A DNA stretch of 62,412 nucleotides, the filler included, from an uncultured bacterium (GTDB lineage: Bacteria > Auribacterota > CAZIXI01): the NCBI GenBank assembly GCA_964543115.1. It is 7 parts of 7 records of this genome, joined end to end, with 100 filler letters (N's around TTAATTAATTAA, not from the genome) between each part and the next. Parts side by side here need not be neighbours in the genome. Positions count along the whole stretch, not along the records: positions 53,632 to 62,412 come from CAZIXI010000144.1; 6 more parts are not named here. One strand, given 5' to 3'. The notes under the pieces are model-generated. The model saw nothing but the letters and a program-made list of their open reading frames with translations, was not told the origin of the DNA and did not search any database. Numbering within the stretch: the first letter of the stretch is position 1; each line of letters begins with the position of its first letter. Below are positions 57,486 through 62,412 of the stretch, piece after piece. The position numbers and the translations under genes are program-made.

Positions 57486-57842
57486 TTAGTCTGCTTGATC
57501 TTCAATGATCTGATCTTCCACGTCACCGGCACTCTCTTGGGAAAGCGAATCTTCGTCGGCCTCAATGCTGCCGATTTTGTCTTCAAAGCTATCGACATCA
57601 CTGTCTTCTACCGCCATGTCGTTTTCCAGATCGTCTTTTTCTTCGATTTCAGATTCGTTTATCGGTACGCTGGGTTGAAGCAGAGGATCATCCGGAACAC
57701 CCACGTCTTCGGGCTCGTAATCGGCCTCCATGCCGTCTTCGGGAACCATATCATCGTCAGTTATATCTTCCCAGCACAGGCCCGAACTGACAATCAGGCT
57801 TGAGCAAACAACTAAAATTACGCCGACAAACATCTTTTTCAT
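57486..57842 (-). CDS. Small secreted acidic low-complexity protein
   Basis: Signal peptide followed by an Asp/Glu-rich mature part. Confidence 0.65.
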   Translation of the reverse strand: MKKMFVGVILVVCSSLIVSSGLCWEDITDDDMVPEDGMEADYEPEDVGVPDDPLLQPSVPINESEIEEKDDLENDMAVEDSDVDSFEDKIGSIEADEDSLSQESAGDVEDQIIEDQAD

Positions 57843-58000
57843 GCCGCCCTCCTATTGTAGGATTGTAATTTGTATTTTTTATTATACTAAAAATTAGTAA
57901 TTAATTAAATATAAATGTTACTATCTTATTATATACTATATACTTGTAATACAATTATAGATAGAGTAAAATATTATTCTCTTTATAAAGGGAGGTGTGT

Positions 58001-59434
58001 ATGAACGATAAAGCTTCGCCTTCTCGCCGCTGCATAAGCGTTTTTGTGCTGGCGATGATGAATGTTGCCTGCGTGATGAGTCTCCGCGGCCTGCCGATGA
58101 TGGCCAAAGAGGGCCTGCCGATGATCTTCTTCCTGTTATTTGCCTCATTATTGTTTTTGGTGCCGGTATCGCTGGTTTCAGCGGAATTGGCTACCGGCTG
58201 GCCCAAGAACGGCGGTGTCTATAGATGGGTAAAAGAGGCCTTTGGTTCCCGCTGCGGTTTTACGGCGATCTGGCTGCAATGGATACAAAATACTATCTGG
58301 TATCCAACGGTGCTGGCTTTTGCCGCGGGAGCGTTAGCATATGTGTTTCTTAGTCCGGCGCTTGATAAAAGTAAAATATTTAATATCGCGGTGATCCTTA
58401 TCATCTATTGGGGCGCGACTTTCGCTAATTTCCGCGGGATGAAAACAGCCGGCTGGCTGACTACTGCCGGGGTTATTGGCGGTACGATAGTGCCGGCGGC
58501 CTTGATTATCGTGTTAGGTGTTTTGTGGATCATTACCGGAAATCCGATTGAAATGGCTACTGCATCACGTAGTATCTTTCCGGATTTAACTAATTTCAGT
58601 AATGTGGCTTTTCTGGCTGGTATTGTTTTATTGTTTGCCGGTATGGAAGTGGGCGCGGTTCATGTAAGAGAATTAAAGAATCCTAAGGCGCAGTTTCCCA
58701 AAGCTGTTTTTATGGCGATGATCGTTATTATCGCGGTATTTACTCTTGGTTCATTGTCTATTGCTGTTGTAATTCCTCAGAAGGATATTAGTCTTACCGT
58801 GGGGATTATGCAGGCGTTTAAGGATCTGCTTGATAAATTTGATATCGGCTGGCTGCTGCCGGTTATCGGGTTTCTGGCGGCGTTCGGGGCGATAGGCGGG
58901 GTTACCGCCTGGATCGCCGGGCCCAGTAAAGGACTGTTGGCCACCGCCAAAGACGGAGAACTTCCGCCGTTTCTGCAGTATACTAATAAGAACGGTGTGC
59001 AAACCCATATATTATGGGTGCAGGGGTTAATCGTAACGGGGATTTCTCTTGTCTATCTTTTAATGCCCACGATCAGCAGCGCGTTCTTCCTGCTGACGGC
59101 GTTAACGGCAATATTGTATCTTATTATGTATGTGATGTTGTATACCGCCGCTATCAGATTGCGTTACTCACAGCCCGATGTTCCCCGGGCATATAAGGTA
59201 CCGGGGGGGAATCCGGGGATGTGGTTAATAGCGGGTATCGGTCTTTTGGCTGTTATTTTTGCCATGATCGTAGGATTTTTCCCGCCGACACAGTTAAAAA
59301 CGGGCAGTCCTAGGTTTTATGTTGTTTTTCTGATTGTGGGAACGATAGTTTTTGTGGCGGCGCCGATGATTATTAATGCCTTAAAAAAACCCAGCTGGCT
59401 GCCCAGGGAAGCTGACCGGCAAACAGGCGAGTGA
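58001..59434 (+). CDS. gadC: APC-family amino acid antiporter, GadC-like
   Basis: SLRGLPMMA, AELATGWPKNGGVYRWVKEAFG and FAGMEVGAVH motifs. Adjacent to gadB. Confidence 0.88.
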   Translation: MNDKASPSRRCISVFVLAMMNVACVMSLRGLPMMAKEGLPMIFFLLFASLLFLVPVSLVSAELATGWPKNGGVYRWVKEAFGSRCGFTAIWLQWIQNTIWYPTVLAFAAGALAYVFLSPALDKSKIFNIAVILIIYWGATFANFRGMKTAGWLTTAGVIGGTIVPAALIIVLGVLWIITGNPIEMATASRSIFPDLTNFSNVAFLAGIVLLFAGMEVGAVHVRELKNPKAQFPKAVFMAMIVIIAVFTLGSLSIAVVIPQKDISLTVGIMQAFKDLLDKFDIGWLLPVIGFLAAFGAIGGVTAWIAGPSKGLLATAKDGELPPFLQYTNKNGVQTHILWVQGLIVTGISLVYLLMPTISSAFFLLTALTAILYLIMYVMLYTAAIRLRYSQPDVPRAYKVPGGNPGMWLIAGIGLLAVIFAMIVGFFPPTQLKTGSPRFYVVFLIVGTIVFVAAPMIINALKKPSWLPREADRQTGE

Positions 59435-59448
59435 AAAAGGAGGAGATT

Positions 59449-60852
59449 ATGTCCAAAACAAAGGTAAAACATAATAACACACCGACCACCAGTAGAGTTC
59501 TTACGCCTACATACGCGCGGGAGGCGCTTAATGAGGACATTTCAAAGTATCTAATGCCAGAGAAAGAAATGCTGCCCAGGACCGCCTATAATTTGGTGCA
59601 TGATGAGCTGATGCTGGACGGTAATTCCAGATTAAATCTGGCTACCTTTGTAACTACCTGGATGGAGCCGGAGGCGCGGCAGTTAATGTCGGAAACTTTT
59701 GACAAGAACATGATCGATAAAGACGAATATCCGCAGACCGCGGAACTGGAAATGCGTTGCGTAAATATCTTGAGTAATTTATATCATTCCGAAAATGAGG
59801 GAAATGCCGCCGGCTGTTCAACGGTCGGTTCCAGTGAAGCGGTTATGCTCGGCGGGATGGCGCTTAAATGGAAGTGGCGTGAACGAATGAAGGCAAAGGG
59901 CAAGCCCACGGATAAACCGAATCTGGTCATGGGAGTAGATGTGCAGATCTGCTGGGAAAAATTCTGCCGCTATTGGGATGTTGAAGCCCGGTTAGTGCCT
60001 ATGGAACAGGGCCGTTATACAATTAACGCTAAAGAGGTCTTGAAACGCGTTGATGAAAATACAATCGGGGTGGCTGTTATTATGGGAACCACTTTTACGG
60101 GTCAGTATGAACCGGTAAAAGAAATAAATGACGCTTTGGATAAATTAAATAAAAAAACCGGCTGGGAGGTGCCCATCCATGTTGACGGCGCCAGCGGCGG
60201 GTTTATCGCGCCTTTTATCCAGCCCGACCTGGAGTGGGATTTCCGGCTTAAATGGGTAAAATCCATTAATACCTCGGGCCATAAATACGGTCTGGTGTAC
60301 CCGGGTGTGGGGTGGGTTGTCTGGCGCGATTGGAGCGAGCTGCCGAAAGATCTTATTTTCTATGTTAATTATCTTGGCGGCGATATGCCGACCTTTGCCC
60401 TGAATTTTTCGCGCGGCGGCAACCAGATCGTTGCCCAGTATTATAATTTTTTACGCTTAGGTAAGGAAGGATATACGCGTATTATGCGGTCTCTGCATGA
60501 TACGGCTCTATATCTTTCGGGGGAAATTGCTAAACTAGGGCCGTTTGAACTTGTTTCAGACGGCAGTGATATTCCGGTTTTTGCTTTTAAACTGAAAGAA
60601 GAGACCAACTTCAGCGTGTTTGATGTTTCGGAGATGCTGCGGCACAGGGGTTGGCTGGTGCCGGCATATACAATGCCTGAAGACATTACGGATCTTGCCG
60701 TGTTACGGGTAGTGGTCAAAGAGGGATTTAGCCGTGATATGGCGGATATGTTGATTGAGGATCTAAGACGTATAATTAAGCATTATGCGGGTCAGCCGGG
60801 TAACAAACCCACAAGGCCGGAGAAGAAGGATAAGTACAGAAAACACTGTTAG
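59449..60852 (+). CDS. gadB: Glutamate decarboxylase
   Basis: LNLATFVTTWME, NMIDKDEYPQT, IHVDGASGGF and INTSGHKYGLVYPG (PLP Lys) motifs. Confidence 0.96.
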   Translation: MSKTKVKHNNTPTTSRVLTPTYAREALNEDISKYLMPEKEMLPRTAYNLVHDELMLDGNSRLNLATFVTTWMEPEARQLMSETFDKNMIDKDEYPQTAELEMRCVNILSNLYHSENEGNAAGCSTVGSSEAVMLGGMALKWKWRERMKAKGKPTDKPNLVMGVDVQICWEKFCRYWDVEARLVPMEQGRYTINAKEVLKRVDENTIGVAVIMGTTFTGQYEPVKEINDALDKLNKKTGWEVPIHVDGASGGFIAPFIQPDLEWDFRLKWVKSINTSGHKYGLVYPGVGWVVWRDWSELPKDLIFYVNYLGGDMPTFALNFSRGGNQIVAQYYNFLRLGKEGYTRIMRSLHDTALYLSGEIAKLGPFELVSDGSDIPVFAFKLKEETNFSVFDVSEMLRHRGWLVPAYTMPEDITDLAVLRVVVKEGFSRDMADMLIEDLRRIIKHYAGQPGNKPTRPEKKDKYRKHC

Positions 60853-60870
60853 TTCATTTTACTCATATGC

Positions 60871-60907
60871 CCCATGGTCCGCTTTCATTGGTGGGCCATG
60901 GGTTTTT
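60871..60907 (+). terminator. Intrinsic terminator after gadB
   Basis: CCCATGGTCCGC/GTGGGCCATGGG stem followed by TTTTT. Confidence 0.75.
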
Positions 60908-60940
60908 GCTGTCTAAGGAACTATATCGTAAAATATTCTA

Positions 60941-61022
60941 AACGCAGAGATCGCAGAGGCCGCAAAGAGTTAATTATATAATTTTTTTGCGTTCTTTGCG
61001 AGTACTCTGCGGGCTCTGCGTT
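60941..61022. repeat. Nested CGCAGAG inverted-repeat element, copy 2
   Basis: AACGCAGAG-ATCGCAGAG-GCCGCAAAG...TTTTGCG-CTTTGCG-CTCTGCG-CTCTGCGTT. Confidence 0.7.
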
Positions 61023-61064
61023 AAGGAAAAATAGTGAAACGAGTTATTTTACTTGGGGGTGAGA

Positions 61065-62228
61065 ATGAGAAGGATGATATTTGTGTGTGTTATTTTGATA
61101 TTGTTTATGTTTGCGGCAGTAGCTGAAGTGACTGACGGTACGCCGGAGTATAGAAAAAGTGTAGAGGATAGTTATCGGGAACTGCAGTATAAGGTTTCTA
61201 TCTATGGGGATGTGCCGGTAAGCGGTTCCGGTATCAGGCTGGGAATATATCAGGTGCAGGCGGCCTGCGGGAAAGGAGCGACAGCGAAAAACCTTACCCG
61301 GCTGGAAGAAGCGGTTAAATTGGCCAAAGCCTATAATGTTCAGCTTCTTTCTTTTCCGGAGTTATATATACCGGGTTATACGCTCAGCCCGGAAGAAGCG
61401 AAACAGGTAGCGGAAACTAAAAACGGTCCCAGTATCACGAAAGCGCGGGAAATGGCCAAGCAGTACAATATGGCGCTTATTGTTCCCTACGCGGAAAAGG
61501 TTACTGAATCCGACGGGAGCCAAAAATATTATGATAGTATTGCGGTGATTAACGAAAAAGGGGAATTGCTGGACAGCTACCGTAAAACGCATTTATACGG
61601 TCAGCAGGAACGTGATAACTGGAGTTTCGGCGAAAGTGATTATCCTGTTTTTAGTTTTTTCGGGTTTCCGGTGGGTGTGCTTAATTGTTATGAATGTGAG
61701 TTTCCCGAGCTTTCCCGCATCCTGGCGCTTAACGGAGCGAAACTGATTGTCGGGCCCACGGCGGCGGATAATTATTACCGGCTTCCCGACGGGGACCGCA
61801 GTAAGGTGCCCTATCCGGATGTTTCCAGGATATTGTTTCCGGCGCATGCCTATGCCAATAATATTTTCTTTGCCTACTCTAACCGCTGCGGTTATGAAAA
61901 AAGGGAAGACGACGAGTGGCACTACCGGGGAAACAGTATAGTTTACGGACCCGACGGGGAGATTGTTGTGGCCGCCAATCACGAGCAGGATACAATGTTA
62001 ATCGCCGATTGTGTTCCTGCTTATTATGGAATGACGCATCCGGCGCCGAAATATTATTACCTGAAGGACAGGCGGCCGGAACTCTATAAGGAGCTAGTGT
62101 CTGAAAAGGCTTCTTTTGTTGATACTACCGGCCACCCCATTGATTTGAAAACGGATTTTTTAGAGGGCGGGTTTAGGTATCCGGCATACAAGGACGGAGA
62201 GGAACAGCCGGTAGCTGCTGAGAAGTAG
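61065..62228 (+). CDS. Carbon-nitrogen hydrolase (nitrilase/amidase superfamily) with signal peptide
   Basis: Catalytic E-K-C triad motifs FPEL, YRKTHL and NCYECEFPE. Hydrophobic N-terminus MRRMIFVCVILILFMFAAVA. Confidence 0.88.
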   Translation: MRRMIFVCVILILFMFAAVAEVTDGTPEYRKSVEDSYRELQYKVSIYGDVPVSGSGIRLGIYQVQAACGKGATAKNLTRLEEAVKLAKAYNVQLLSFPELYIPGYTLSPEEAKQVAETKNGPSITKAREMAKQYNMALIVPYAEKVTESDGSQKYYDSIAVINEKGELLDSYRKTHLYGQQERDNWSFGESDYPVFSFFGFPVGVLNCYECEFPELSRILALNGAKLIVGPTAADNYYRLPDGDRSKVPYPDVSRILFPAHAYANNIFFAYSNRCGYEKREDDEWHYRGNSIVYGPDGEIVVAANHEQDTMLIADCVPAYYGMTHPAPKYYYLKDRRPELYKELVSEKASFVDTTGHPIDLKTDFLEGGFRYPAYKDGEEQPVAAEK

Positions 62229-62412
62229 GGGTAAAAGTGTTCCAGTTTTTATTTTGCTGTTTTGTTATTCTGTTTTTTTGCCGGTAAGTTCAGTTATCTG
62301 TACCTTGATTACCGTAATATGCTGCAACATGGGGGCGGGAAATTCGTAGGCCTTATCTGAATATTGTTTCATTAATACGTTGAGGGCATCCTTTTTTTCG
62401 TCTATATCTTCA

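Overview
This window is not one chromosome segment. It is seven contigs of about 8.8 kb each, joined by 100-bp artificial spacers (44 N + TTAATTAATTAA + 44 N) at 8860-8959, 17814-17913, 26758-26857, 35691-35790, 44614-44713 and 53532-53631. Synteny is therefore meaningful only within a contig. The content fits a diderm bacterium from a metagenome bin. A PVC/Omnitrophota-like lineage is an inference from protein style and is not shown by the sequence. Contig 1: tolQRAB, an AbiEii-type toxin/HTH pair with a perfect operator-promoter, pcm, and two unknown proteins. Contig 2: rlmE, an orphan rplC with a structured leader, a 1977-aa signal-peptide-bearing PPDK-like/HAD fusion, and a secreted pentein-fold enzyme. 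Contig 3: mfd-surA-[RAYT + REPs]-pdxA-rsmA-recO-glyQS-ppdK. Contig 4: MFS, an RlmD-like methyltransferase, an ECF sigma/anti-sigma/Spy/Lcl-repeat cluster, and an acr3/arsP cluster. Contig 5: a histidine kinase end, three sigma54 promoters with a shared upstream site, a repeat protein, two fibre/tailspike-like adhesins, and two secreted proteins each preceded by the same small two-hairpin RNA. Contig 6: the moxR-DUF58-bat operon. Contig 7: a GT-C/discoidin protein, a hydrolase, gadC-gadB, and a secreted CN-hydrolase. The best candidate for an undescribed system is a sigma54/enhancer-controlled module of fibre adhesins plus signal-peptide-tagged, normally cytoplasmic enzymes (dikinase, deiminase-like, phosphatase, methyltransferase). 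These enzymes share N-terminal and possibly C-terminal motifs, and the module carries a novel C-rich-loop RNA element. No CRISPR array, rRNA or tRNA was seen. All calls come from motif recognition by eye; no database search was run.
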